From positions 496,001-560,000 of the forward strand of contig JBLDXI010000017.1 in the NCBI GenBank assembly GCA_047495785.1: DNA of 64,000 bases, read 5' to 3'. The stretch is from Lepidodermella squamata (taxonomy: Eukaryota > Animalia > Gastrotricha). How positions within the stretch are numbered: position 1 is the stretch's first letter; every line of letters starts with the position of its first letter. Shown here piece after piece: positions 25,040-38,563 of this stretch. The notes beneath the pieces are model-generated. The model had not been told where the DNA came from, ran no database searches, and saw only the letters and a program-made list of their open reading frames with translations. Both the position numbers and the translations under genes were made by a program.

Positions 25040-26749
25040 ATGATCCCACCCGTCTCAGGCCCAGCGATGCGTGAAGACTACAACACGCACTCGAAGAATC
25101 AACTGCAGATTATCCACCTTATGAAGCCATTCATCGACCGCGGCGTCGAACTCCACTCGGCTGAAATCGCCCCGAGCAGCCCATTCATCATCGCCGATTT
25201 CGGCTCGAGCACCGGCGCCAACAGCTCCGAGGCCATGTCGATGATCATTGACGGGCTCCGCAACAAGTACGGCTTCGAGAAAATTCCATCGATTTTGACC
25301 GTCCATGAGGACATCCCATGCAATAATTGGAACATTTTGTTCAATTACGTGCAAAATGACGATCGGTCTTACCTGAAGAAGCACAAGGGTGTCTTCACGG
25401 TCGCGGCTGGTATCAGTTTCTTCGAGCAAGTTTTGCCGGAAAACAGCGTTCAATTCGCGTTTTCGAGCAGTGCTGTTCATTGGTTGTCGAAATCTCCGCT
25501 CGAAGCCGTCGCTAAACTGAGTAAGTCCTGAGCTAATTTTACTAAAAATTTCCCCTTGATTCAATCGCATACCTTATAATGAATGGAATCGGCTTGCAGT
25601 TGGAAATTACATAAATAAAGCTTTTTAATTTTTTCGAAGTGGATAATCGTACTTGGACATTTTTTGCTTAAAATATTCTTATTTTTCGAGCAGTGCCGTA
25701 CACTGGCTGTCGAAATCGCCACTCGAAGCCGTCGCAAAACTTAGTATGTCTTAACTTTTTTTTTTACTCCTAGTATTAGTAAGTATAAGTTTAAACTTTT
25801 TTCACTTATTTTTTTCACTTTTTCACAGTCCAACTGCATATACGAAGTATAAATTGCACGCTTAATTTTCGAATCATGCGAAATAAAAGTTTTATTTTAA
25901 TATGGAATCATTTGCTTATCAGTAAAATTTAGCTAAACAATGCCGATAATTTCTTTGTTCTTTGACAAATTCTAAATTTTCTGAAAATCGTACCGGTTGG
26001 TAGATTGGACACGTCAAATATTTAATATTGAAACATTTGACTGGAAATTCATTGTCTGATGACAGAGTTTGCACCCGGCAATTTTCGATGAACCGGGAAA
26101 TTTTCGAAATGTCGAGCTCCAAATTGCTTGTTTTTCCTTTTTAGGCGAAGAATTTTTCGCGCCTTGGTATTTTCCGGAAAACTCCAAGAGCCTGCTAATC
26201 TTCAAAGAACAAGCTGCAAAAGACTGGGAAGATTTCCTAACAGCTCGATCGAAAGAACTCATGAATGGCGGCGTGCTAGTAGTTAATTCACTGACTACAC
26301 AGCCCTACGACTTTGCCATGTACGAAAGCATGAAAATCGCCTCCGCGAAGCTAGTAGCAAGCGGCTTAATCTCGCAAAAGGAAGTCATTCGATTCCAAGT
26401 TCCTACGATATGGCGATCGCTTGAAGACATCACGAGACGAGGTGATCTTTACGAAAAAATCGGCCTGGAGTTAATCAGGGCCGAACGCTTACCGGATGAC
26501 GACCTCTGGGTCTATCAACGCTACCTGGAACATGGCGATGCTAAGCTGTTCGCTGAAGAGTTTATGAATTTCATCGGGGCAGCCTGTGAGATTTCAATAC
26601 TTGAAGGCCTGGATAGCAGTCGAAGTGAAGGGGAGAAGAAACAAATTGTTCAGCTGCTTTTCGCAGAACAGCGACATTATATCAGTGCTGATCCTGTCAA
26701 GTGTTCTGGTTCTATAGCTGCAAATGCCTTCATTTTCAAGAAGAAGTGA
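25040..26749 (+). CDS. SABATH-family methyltransferase, copy 2, 361 aa
   Basis: Exons 25040-25520 and 26145-26749. Exon lengths (481+605 bp) and motifs identical to copy 1. Confidence 0.9.
25683..25752 (+). pseudogene. Relic 3' end of a SABATH exon 1, with splice donor, inside the copy-2 intron
   Basis: tcgagcagtgccgtacactggctgtcgaaatcgccactcgaagccgtcgcaaaactta|gtatgt encodes SSAVHWLSKSPLEAVAKL. Confidence 0.8.
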
Positions 26750-28055
26750 GAAGATGTACAAGGGTTGGACCTTGATCAAGTTATTTCGCGCGAATAATTT
26801 TCAAAATTTTGCTTCCTGATGATTGCTCTGCCAAGTTTCATGTTGCAATTTTTTTTAATAAATAAAGCGAATTTCGACACAAGGTTTCAATAATCGCATG
26901 AAAAAATTATTTTTGAAATTTAATATTTGGACCATTATTCCGCATGCAAATCGACCGTCAAGCAGAGTCATGCCTTCAAAGCCTGCCAAAGGGGGATAGT
27001 TCCTGAAATTTGTTGACGCAGTGGTGAGGCGACAAAACTCAAGAACTTAAGCCCACGCTTAATCATAGCAACGGTCGTTAAGGAGCTCGGTCTCCTTACC
27101 TGGTCTCCTGGCTTGATAATTTCATTCAATTTCTTTCAGAGATAGCATTTCAGATTCTGCTTAAAAGTTTTCCAAAATTTCAAACGAAGGCGATTCCTGA
27201 TTTTGTGCAAATTTTGATAATCTTTCTATTTTCATCTGATTTTTGGCAAAATTAAAAACGCATCTGCCCATAGATTGCTTATCTAAAGAAGAGGATGATA
27301 CGTCATGGACGCCAGATGATTCATATAAGCGCTTTGAGGTAAAGCACACAATATTTTACGAAATTTTTGCTGGTTGCGATTTCGACTTTCCGCTGATTTG
27401 ATTCATGAATCTGGGACAACCCGAGGAACGCGCTAATAGTTATTCTATACTGGGAATACATCGACGAATAATGGCTTTGCAGTTAAATTCGATTATTGAA
27501 ATTGAAATGGAAGCAGTTTTCTAATGGTCAAAGTAGCTCGTATCACGTTACACATTTTCATGCTCAAGGCGACCTTGGAAGATTTTTCGCTGATTTTCTA
27601 GGAATTTTCGAAACATCGGTCAGGTGAATTTGCACTATTGAAACACGAGTCCAGCTACATCATGTGAGTGTGGCGCACGTGCTGTCCAGAATGAATCCTC
27701 TTACTTCTTTTCTAAAATGTGGGGACAATCAGCAAAAAATCATCCAAGCACGTGGTGATGATGCTAAAGAGGTTCATATTTTAGCCATGAATCTAGAACG
27801 CTAGCTAATTTTTACGACGTTATTCGCTATAACTTTGGAGGCAGCTCGTCAAGATGTTACTTAGTAATTTTGTCCGAAATAGTGGTCAATTTAAAGAATA
27901 ACGGGGTCAATTGCTCATTTTTGACCTCTAGACATCTGTTGAGTTTTGTAACAATTGCGACCTTTCTCTATTTAAGTGCATCCATTGTCCATTCGTCTTC
28001 ATAATTACATTCTTCATTCTAAACTATAATCGAAAGTTTTTTGCTGCTTCTAAAA

Positions 28056-29328
28056 ATGAGCCCGCCCGTCTCCGGCCCAGCGATGCGTGAAGACTACAAC
28101 ACACACTCGACGAATCAGCTGCAGATTATCCACCTCATGAAGCCATTCATCGACCGCGGCGTCGAACTCCACTCGGCTGAAATCGCCCCGAACAGCCCAT
28201 TCATTATCGCCGATTTCGGGTCAAGCACTGGCGCCAACAGTTCCGAGGCCATGTCGATGATCATTGACGGGCTCCGCAACAAGTACGGCTTCGAGAAAAT
28301 TCCGTCGATTTTGACCGTCCACGAAGACGTTCCGCGCAATAATTGGAACGTTCTGTTCAATTACGTGCAAAACGACGATCGTTCCTATTTGAAGAGGCAC
28401 AAGGGTGTCTTCACGGTCGCGGCTGGTATCAGTTTCTACGAGCAAGTTTTGCCGGAAAACAGCGTTCAATTCGCGTTTTCGAGCAGTGCAGTTCACTGGT
28501 TGTCGAAATCGCCATTCGAGGCTGTCGAAGAACTAAGTAAAAAATTTTAATTAAATTTCAAATTAAATTTTGAATTTTTTCCGATTTTTTAAGGCCAAAT
28601 TCAAATTTTAGCATTTTCATTCATCATCGAATTTCTATAATTTTTTTAGTTTTGTCAAAAATTGCTTAATTTTTTTATTTAATTTCGGTATTTCACTAAT
28701 TTTTTTATTGTCGCTTATTTCAGACGAGTCCATGTTCGCGCCCTGGTATTCGCCCAAAGAATCGAAAGGCTTCAAAATCTTCCAAGATCTAGCCGCCAAG
28801 GACTGGGAAACCTTTCTCACCGTTCGATCGAAAGAACTCGTCAAGGGCGGCGTTCTAGTCGCGAATTTGATGGCTCAACAATCGACCGATTCAGCAATGT
28901 ACGCCGGCTTCAAAATTGCGTCTGAGAAATTGGTCGAAACTGGCGTGATCACTCAAAAGGAAGTCATTCGATTCCAGGCACCCGTTATGTGGCGATCGAT
29001 TGATGACATCACGAGTAGAGCTGATCTTTACGAAAAAACCGGCATGGAACTGCTAGCTGTCGAACGGCTGCCTGATGAAGAGCATTGGCTGTATCAACGC
29101 TACCTGGAACACGGCGATTCTAAGCGATTCGCCGAGGACTACGTCAATTTCATTGCCGCAGCTTGCGAGCCGTCGATCCGAGAAGGTCTGGACAAGAATC
29201 GCACCGAGGACGAGAAGAAGAAAATTGTCGACTTGTTGTTTGGTGAACACAAGCGTCTCATCATCGCTGATCCTAGCAAGTTTTCTGGTTCTCTAGCGGC
29301 GAATGCTGTTATTTTCAAGAAGAAATAA
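28056..29328 (+). CDS. SABATH-family methyltransferase, copy 3, 361 aa
   Basis: Exons 28056-28536 and 28724-29328. Same intron position and phase as copies 1 and 2; exon 2 is more divergent. Confidence 0.9.
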
Positions 29329-29908
29329 GGGCAATAGACATTTTGAGACATTTTTTCTTATCTTTGAATAATATCGAATTTGCACATTACACAGACATGT
29401 TCGAATTTCGTTAATAAAATGGAAAAATGTGAAGTTCCTTTTTTTTCAAAATATTTTTAATGGGTCACAAAGTGAGCGGGCCAAATAATTTTTTATTGAC
29501 ATTGATAATTTCCAAAATGCGAAATTTCGATAAGAAAAACCCTAAATAATTTTAAAAATTTCAATTTTTTAAAATATATTTTTCCTATAATTCACTTTAA
29601 TGCGTATGCACTTTTCAACTTTTTTGAGTTCAAGCCGCTGATTCAATAACAAAAAAATCCTGCGATGGCATTACTATTTTATCCGAAAAAACACAACTAC
29701 GTCAATGTGACTTATGAGTCCTGTGTGGATCAACTTCAAATCAGGGCAAAATAGATAGCCCGAAAGGTATTTTCGCGCAGTATTACACTCGAGGCGCTCG
29801 AGAGTAGACGGATAATTAAAAGGGATTATTCAACAAAAAACACGTATCTAAAATACTTGAAAAATTCTACTTCTTTGACCGAAAGCCAAATACTACTACA
29901 TCTCGATT

Positions 29909-32900
29909 ATGGAACAAACGTGCTTTGAAAATTCTTCTTCAGCGAGGCAATGTTCGGCTGGTATTATCCTACCCTATTGGGCGTATCAGTTCACCTTCAA
30001 AAATATCGCAAATTCCTCGAATTTATCATTAAATTCGGAAATCGAAGCTCCGACTACAACGGACACCTTCGGTCATGGTTTCGCCTATTTCATCGCTTTG
30101 ATTTATTGCCTAATTGGAGCTAATATTGTCGCGAATCGATTAGTGCTAGCTGCCGAGGTGATAACGTCGCAAACTCGTACTTCGACCCTGAAATTGAAAT
30201 CAGGCGGCCTCAGGACGGTTCAAGTACCAATTTGGAACCGAACACTCGCCTTACTGACAATTCAAAGTTTAGCGTGGTGCTCGTTAGAAATTTTACTCCC
30301 AATAATCGAAGTGTCCTTTGATGGCCTTCAGGGTGACCAATTAGGCGCCGCCTTTGTACTGGGCTCGTCTTCATTTCAATTATTTTTCGGCTGTGGTTGC
30401 TATTTACTGCTACCAATTTTCCGGCTAATAGTGGTGAAACGGGTCGAAAATTTCCCATGCTTCGTCACTGCGTTAAGCTTAGGAATTTTGGCCTATTTAT
30501 GGGTCACCCTGTTATTAGGCCAGGTCACCCCGGGCAGTGTGACGATTTGGGGCGCTTTAGTCACCCTGGCTTTTTACCCAATTGTCGTTATTTCGGCGCT
30601 ATTAGGCGGCCGTGGGTTCTTCGATTGGGTCGTTGTAAATATGGTCGAGGAAACAACTCGGCGAAGAGCTAGTGTTGTGATTGATGGCGAGTTGTTGCCG
30701 CATGTTGAGAGTAAGAAGGAGCGCATGAAGCATCGCCGTAATTGGATCAAAGATTCGCGAACTTCGGCACAGCAATTTCGGAGAAAATTGGGCGGCCTGA
30801 TAACAAATATCAGCATGTCCCAGCCTCATCTTACCGATTCTGAAGTTGAAGGTATAAATCGGCTTTAACATAAATAATTGAAAAATAATCTGAATTTAAA
30901 TCTAAATTCCGATAAAATTAAAAATTTAAGAAATTAAATTAAAAGATTAAACAAATAAGGTGGATTTTTCAATAAAATTTCGAATTTTAGAAATTTATTT
31001 GAAATTCCTATTCTTAAGCGAATTTTGCATAATTACTTGGATTTTTGGAAATTTTTTACTTTCAGAGCTCGCCAAGTTTATCATTGACGGAGAATCCGAA
31101 AGATGCTGCTCCCTTTATAGGTGGGTGATTATTGAGATAAATTCTAATTAATTAATCAATTTTTTCAGGCTCGAAGCTATTGGATTTATTTCAGGCGATT
31201 GGGGTGGAAAATATCTGGGCGGAAACTATCAACTCCCGGCCAATCAAATCGCTGTTGGTGAAAATCGCGCCAACTCGATTCCAAAATCCGCGTCGCTGGG
31301 CCTTCAAACAGTCGGCTTTACTAACATATCAGCAAGCTGTTTCGAAAGCTGCTATACCCTAAAGTTATCCGTTGAACGAATCGCAACGGTCGAACAGCTG
31401 ACTACAACAATGGTTCAAGTCATGTATATGACAATAGGAGCTAGTGCTATGGCTGATAACAATTACGTGGCTAGTCGCGGCGTTTTAGTGTTCGATAAGG
31501 GCCAGCATCATGCCGAAATTCGCATACAAATATTGGACGGCGGAAATTGCGACAAAATAGCAACGCATTTTTCAGTATCCCTACTCGCGCCGAGGTTGAT
31601 TTTGCAGTCGAAATTCGTCGATAACGCCAAGGTTTTGAGGAAAGGGGTTGAGATAACTCCGAATCGTAAGATACTACCCATTTCCATCCTCCGCGATAGC
31701 CATAGTGGCGTTTTCATGTTCGAACGTTCCTACATACGAGTCGCGAGTGTTTTGGAGCAAGTTCGCGTTAAGGTGGTTCGAACAGTTGGCGCGCGGTCAT
31801 GCGTGACCTTACCATTCGAAATCAGCCAAAAATCAGCCCGACCTAATTACGACTATCATTTAATTTCGATCGGCCACCGAGGTGTCCTTGAGTTTAAAAA
31901 CGGCCAAATCGAAGCTTATATCGATATCGATATCGTAGACCGCGATCGGCCGCATAATGAAGAGTCGGTGCTATGTATCACCCTGCTACCACCCCTAACT
32001 GACGATCGAGATTCAATGAGCGAAAGCCAACTGTCGATTCCTCGTAATTTTACCGAGCCAACCTTAGGACAGCCTGGTACTTGCGAAATCGCGATTTACG
32101 ATGACGAAATCTTGAAATCAGCAATCGGCCGAGTTAGTGAGGCTAACGATTTCGCGCTTTTTCTACGCACTCATTCGAGTTTTGACGGTCAATTAAAAAA
32201 TTCAATCAATTTTCCTGGATCGAAATTTTACAAATCCTATTCCGAATTGATTCCGCTTCGAATTTTGCATATCGTCACGTTGCCCTGGAAATTAATTACC
32301 GCCTTAACGCCGCCGTTTGAAGTCGGTCACGGTTGGCTGAGTTTTGTGTATTTACTCGGCATTCAAGTACTTCTCGCCATTTTAATCCACGATTTATCGC
32401 TTCATTTCGCATGCTCGATTGGAATTCGAACTTCGATAGTTGCCCTATCAATAATTAGCGTTATTTGGGGGCTACCGCTGGTTGCGACAAATTGCCAGGC
32501 AATATTGAGGGGTGATAAAAAGGCGGCCGATCTCGTTCTCATTCGATTGGCAACGTATAATGTCGTCAATTTGGCGGTTGGGGTCGGTGTTTCATGGACG
32601 ATTGGATCTTTAGTTCAAAAGACACACTACGTCAATGAAAGCATGGTAAGGAATTTTTCAATAATTGCCTATCTAAGCATTTCAAAATTCCTAAAATAAT
32701 CAGGCAACATGAGAGTGCTCTTAGTTAATCTTCGCCGCGGAAAATATGGCCGGAGGAAATTCGTAAAAAAGTAGAAAAATGAAAGTAAAACAATATTTTC
32801 GTCTAATTTGAAAATTAGAATGATCAAGTTTGCGAGTTTAATCAGCCCAACTTTAAAATTTCGAAATTTTGAATTTTGAATATTCCTTGAAATAATCTGA

Positions 32901-33126
32901 AACATTTCTTTTTTTTTAGCTTCAATACAACGTTCGAATTCACATAATTTTCCTGGCAATATGGGCAGTCATTTTCCTGACCCGTAGGCTGCCGCCTATA
33001 CGAGGCGAACTCGGCGGACAGGCGGCTATCAGCGCCCCGATTGGCGCATTTCTCATCGCTCTATGGCTTTGTTTCGTAACAATTTCCATCCTCCAACACC
33101 TTTGCGTATTCAACTACCCATTTTGA
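29909..33126 (+). CDS. NCX/SLC8-like paralogue C, highly degenerate transport motifs
   Basis: Exons approx. 29909-30851, 31066-31120, 31169-32646, 32920-33126 form an open frame with NCX topology (PIWN, Calx-beta pair, TLPWKL, RRLPPIRGELGG). Confidence 0.85.
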
Positions 33127-34089
33127 CGTAGTCTGTATTATTCAATCACGTGCTCCTCGTAATTTTGTGAGAAATCTATCTTGGACAATAATGATGTAGT
33201 ATTATAATAAAAATCGATATTCCGAATGAGTGTAAATTTTTCCCAAGGTCATTACGGTAATGATCTCATCGCGCATCATCATACCAAGTTTCTCTCATAT
33301 AGGTATGTATTATTTTTTTATTGAACACGACTGGCGCTGTTGAGTTGCGGGCGTGTGTCTTGAAACGCGACACCTAAAAACAACACAGATCGACAAAAAA
33401 AATCGCAGTATATATAATTGAAAATCATACGTTCGTATGTGGGCTATCTAGCGATCTTTTTCCACTTCAAAATGAGATGTACGTATCGGAAAATTAGCCG
33501 TGCGAAATGTTCGTGAGCTAGCATCGAATTCAGGTGTATAACGGCGTCTTGTAAGGCTTCCTGTGGAAAATATTCGACATCGCTGTATCAAATTATGACT
33601 TTGTCATTTAACATATCGGCAAAAACGCAACGATTAGCCTCTATATTATGTTAGGATGTGATTCAGATTTATTACGCAGTGACAGCATATTTGACGAGAG
33701 AATCATTATCGGTGCCTTGAATTTTTAAAACCAGGGAATTTAATGCGCTTATTTAAGTTTTTAATCTTCGACCTCATGAAAATATTCTGGTAATAATTTT
33801 GTACTGAATTGCCATTTTTTTACCGCAATTAACGAGTGCAATCCACCTCAAAGCTCCATCTAATTAATCCCTCGTCCGGATTGTGACCCACATTCATATC
33901 TGGCGACCCACATTCGTGACCTGACCCACATTCAATAAGCGGTTAATTACTTTGTTGATTGTTGATTTTTATATAAAATATAAAAAGGAACATCATTACC
34001 TACAATTCTTTTTATTTTCAGGAAATTTTATATATTAATTACGAATATTTTATTGCAATAATGGTCGTAGTCACAACCTGAAATCATCT

Positions 34090-37000
34090 ATGGATTTTAG
34101 AAACGCAATTTCTGATAAATATTCCAGGAAAATTGCGACTTATGCCAGCTTAATTTTAACCCTAATCGACCTTGCGCTTTCAGCGGAAAAATTCCCGCCT
34201 CGAAATGTGACCTATTTACCGTCTAATCGAACAAACGCGACCTTCAATCCTTTTTCGAAAGAGCCTCAGGATGATGCTGCAGACGACGATAGGTGCTATG
34301 TATCTTCCGAATGTGGTCACGGTCTAATACTACCGCCGTGGTTACCAATTCCGCACAAAGACGATATTGTTACGATTACTTATCACGCTGCTGTTTATGT
34401 CATCGCACTGGCTTATTTGCTATTCGGAGTTTCGATTATTACAGATCGAATCGTATCGGCTATGGAGGTGATAGCGTCGCAAAAACGAACTGTAACAGTG
34501 AGATTAAAATCCGGTGGTACTCGCGTCATCAAGGTAAAAAATCCGGAATTTCAGGAATTGTTAATTTTTTAAGGAGGATTGTTTAATTTTCTAGGGGTGA
34601 TTTTTATAATATAGAGAATATTTGTTCGCGAACAGAAATTAAGGGGGAATTTTTTATAAATTATTCAAATTAACTGTCCCAGATTAATTTTTTCGATCTT
34701 CCTAATATTAGATAAATATATTTCTAATTTATCAGACCCCTATTTGGCATCCCTGCGTTGTATCGTTGACGGTATTCGCAATCGGGACCTCAGCTCCAGA
34801 AATTTTCCTCCCCGTGATGGAAACAATGAAAGCCGGATTTCACGGCGACGAGTTGGGACCATCCCTAATTGTCGGATCAGGTGCCTACAAACTCTTTATA
34901 ATAACCGGTGTTTGCATGATAAGCGTTCATGAAACAACGGCCAAGCCGATTCAAGATCGTTACGTATTTTTTACTACAACACTATTCGCTATATTCGCTT
35001 ATTTATGGATCTACGTTTTGGTCGGCGAAATTTCCCCAGGGGTTATCGAATTATGGGAGGCGTTGTTAACCTTGGCCTTATTTCCGGTTCTTGTACTAAC
35101 GGCGTGGGCGGTTTCGCGCCGATTTCCTCACAAAATTCTGTCGAGAATCGGCAAATTTCTGCATAACAGCATCGCGCCGATTACGTCTGGCCGGAATAGC
35201 GGCTTGGATTCTGCATCGACAACGAGTTCGTTCGACGAACACTTGGACGATGACAAGCGGCGAAAATTGGCGCAATTGCTGGCTCAGTTGAAAGAAGCTC
35301 ACCCTGAGATGACTCAGCTTGAATTAGAAGGTTCGGATATAATAAGCCTGCTGATTTTTTCGATTTTTTCATGATTTTATTTTAGAACTAGCCGAGATTC
35401 AAATGCTGGAAGATACTCCGAAAAATGCTGCTTTTTACCGGTATTTAATTTCAATTTAATTATAATTAAATTTACGATTTTTCTTTAAATAGGCTGCAAG
35501 CCACAAAAGCGATTACTGGAGGTGCTAATGTGATTTCAAAGGAGAAAATTAAGGAGAGGCTCGTAAGTAACTGGATTTTGAGTCGATTCTCGGGTAACGG
35601 ACCAAACCCACGATTTAATTTTAGATTTATTTTAAAGCAAACATGAACATCCATCCGACAGTCTTATAGTGATTTTAGTTAGCGTTGTATGTCAATTTCG
35701 AAAATTAAAAACTAACTTTGAAACCTAATTTAGACGAATGGAACTGAAACCTAAGAAGAGGACATAATTATCGATTTTGTAGGAAAATATCACAAATTAG
35801 CTACATTTTGACGTTACTAAAATGTTAGGGATCGGATTTTAAAAAGTGTGTCCAGGTAGAAAAAGATCAGCTTTTACCATATTATGTGGGAACGTTTCCT
35901 TTGTTTCGGACGAAATTTGAGACAATAAGAGATTTTGAAATCATATTGAATATCCCGTTAGCAAGTCGAGCAATGTCAAAAAACCTAAAATTGACCGATA
36001 TCCCAAAGCTAATGGTTGAATTTTCGTTATAGGAAGAGCAAAAGCGATTAGCAGCTCAAATGTCCGGGCCCTTCACCGAAATTCAAACTATCGGGTTCAC
36101 ATCAGCGGCTGTGAGTTGCCAAGAAAGCTGCGGAACCATGGTGATAAGCGTCGGCCGATGGGGCGCCGGATTAGGCGATACCGTCACCACAATCGAGTAC
36201 GAAACAGTCGCCGGAACTGCTAAACCGAATGCAAATTTCGAACCAGTCAGCGGGCGGCTAGTCATGATACCTGGCCAACAATTCGCGGAAATTCCTATTC
36301 AAATCCTTGACGATGGAATTTACGAGGAAATTTCGAAAGAATTCCGAGTCCGGTTATTCAAACCTGATATGAAACCGGCAAAAACGGATCATTTGCCGCT
36401 TGCTCGGCATAATCCTTCTAGAAACTCGGCGAACATAACTAAGGCGACTAAAATCGAAATGACGATAGGTGAAACTGTAGTTTCAATTCTGGACGACGAT
36501 CATTGCGGGGTTTTTACTTTCGAAAAAGCTGAAATGGCGATTCCTGATAATATTGACATTGCGAAAATTCGAGTCATTCGAGGCACTGGGACAAAGGGTA
36601 AAGTCGGGGTGCCGTATCGAATCAGCCCTGGTACGGCCAAACCGAATCAGGACTACGTTGTGGCGTCTCCGAAGGGTATCCTACATTTCGACGAGGGTCA
36701 AAAAGAGCTGTTTATTGAGGTAAAAAAAATCGAATTTCGCATTTTTCACTTATTAATAGCAATCAAACTACGGGACTTGGGCTCTAATTTGTGGCCACCC
36801 TAATCCGATATATCTAGAAATTACCAAATTTTTTAAATTGAACAGAATTTTTTAAATTGAAATTTCGAAATTATTTGAAATTCGCAAATGAATGAATTTT
36901 TCAAAATTTCGAAATTCAAATTCGAATTTCAAAATTCAAAAAATATAATTTTCCTTAAAAAATTATGAATAATTATGCTGGCTTTTAATTTTTTTTCGAT

Positions 37001-38563
37001 TTTTCTCTTTTTTAATTATAGGTTAAAATTATCGACAAAAACCGAGTCGGCGACATGTTTACATTTTATATCGAACTGCTGCAGCCGAAGAAGGAGTCTA
37101 ACGATCAAAAATCGACCGTCGGCCTGCCTACCCTGGGCGACCACAAATTAGTTCAATTAGGAATATGCGAAGATGAGGAAATTCGCGACGCCCTAGACCG
37201 GCTGTTGAAGATGACCGATCTCGCTGAATTCGTTGTTTCGTCAACTTGGCTCGACCAACTGCGCGACGCCTTCATTGTCTTCCACGACGAACATCACCAC
37301 CACACCGGACTGACGGCAGATGAATCCAATTCTACAGGCAGTGTGGTGAAACCAGCGTTTGGTTATCGGCTGAAAATGTATTTGATACATGGAATTTCCT
37401 TACCTTGGAAACTACTGGTCGCCTTATTACCTCCTGCTCGGCTTTTGCAAGGCTGGGTTGCCTATATCTCCTTGTTAGGTGAGAAAATAATTGACCTAAA
37501 TTAGGACAAATCAAACTTCGTTTGAATATAACTTCGATTTTGAACTAATTTCGGACATTTTTCAATTTCAGCTCTAATGGCCCTTATGTCGGCCCTAATC
37601 GGTGACTGCGCTTCGTACCTAGGCTGTACAGTGGGCCTTAAGGACTCGGTGACTGCAATCACCCTCATCGCTTTCGGAATGGGGGTCCCTGAGACATTCG
37701 CAAGTCGACATGCAGCCATGCGTGAAAAAACAGCGGACGCGGCTATCGGCCACATCACAGGCGCCAATGCAGTGTCAGTCTACCTAGGAATCGGCCTGGC
37801 ATGGACAGTTGGGGCGATCTACAATGCTATCAATGGATCAGAACTAATAGTGAGCATAGAAATTTCAGAATGAGAAAATAGTCTACTCTAATTTTCTAAA
37901 ATCTCACCTAGAAAGCTGAGATAACTTGGACTTTTCAAATTTGCTGGCAGAATCAGGAGTCTTTCGCTATTTTCATTAAGTTGGATCTAAGGTTCAGGAC
38001 CTTTTAGGTTTCCTAAGCTTTCCAACCGTAATTTCATGTTTTTGGAGGCAAATTTGACAGGTCCGAGTTATCTCAGCTTTCTAGGCGAGATATGATTCTT
38101 ACTCAGTTTTAAATGCTGAATATTATGGTCAAAAAATTTCGAATATTACGTAACCGGAATATTACGTAAACCGGAAAGTACAAATATCAAATAACGCGTA
38201 CTTATTTAAGTCATATAACGACCCAATTTTTTTCGATATTCATGAATATTCAATTATTTAAATTTTTAAATTTTCTAATTTTTTTAGGTTAAACCGGAGA
38301 ATGTTGGATTCAGCGTCATGCTCTACTGCTCATTCGCAACTGCGGGAGTTCTCGTCCTACTTCTGCGGCGGTTGCCGCCAATCCGCGGCGAACTCGGCGG
38401 GCCGCAATCCCTGAAAATTCTTTCAGCCATTTATTTCTTCATACTCTGGGTTCTATTCGTCGCGCTGTCCATCCTCGAAAACTACTGCTTTATAAGTGGC
38501 TTTTACCACCATGAGTCCCCGACATCCAGTCAGCTATCATCTTCCAGCCACGGGAAAAAATAA
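34090..38563 (+). CDS. NCX/SLC8-like paralogue D; multi-exon
   Basis: IGTSAPE...GSGAYK; Calx-beta ILDDGIYEE/ILDDDHCG; GMGVPETF...AIGHITGANAVS; RRLPPIRGELGG. Looks most similar to B. Confidence 0.93.
37901..38091. mobile_element. Palindromic MITE in last intron of NCX-D
   Basis: atctcacctagaaagctgagataacttggac versus gtccgagttatctcagctttctaggcgagat. Confidence 0.7.

Noticed and set aside
13460-29328. Bacterial contamination as the source of the SABATH genes
   Set aside because: The genes have spliceosomal introns, one containing MITEs, and are interleaved with intron-rich eukaryotic genes.
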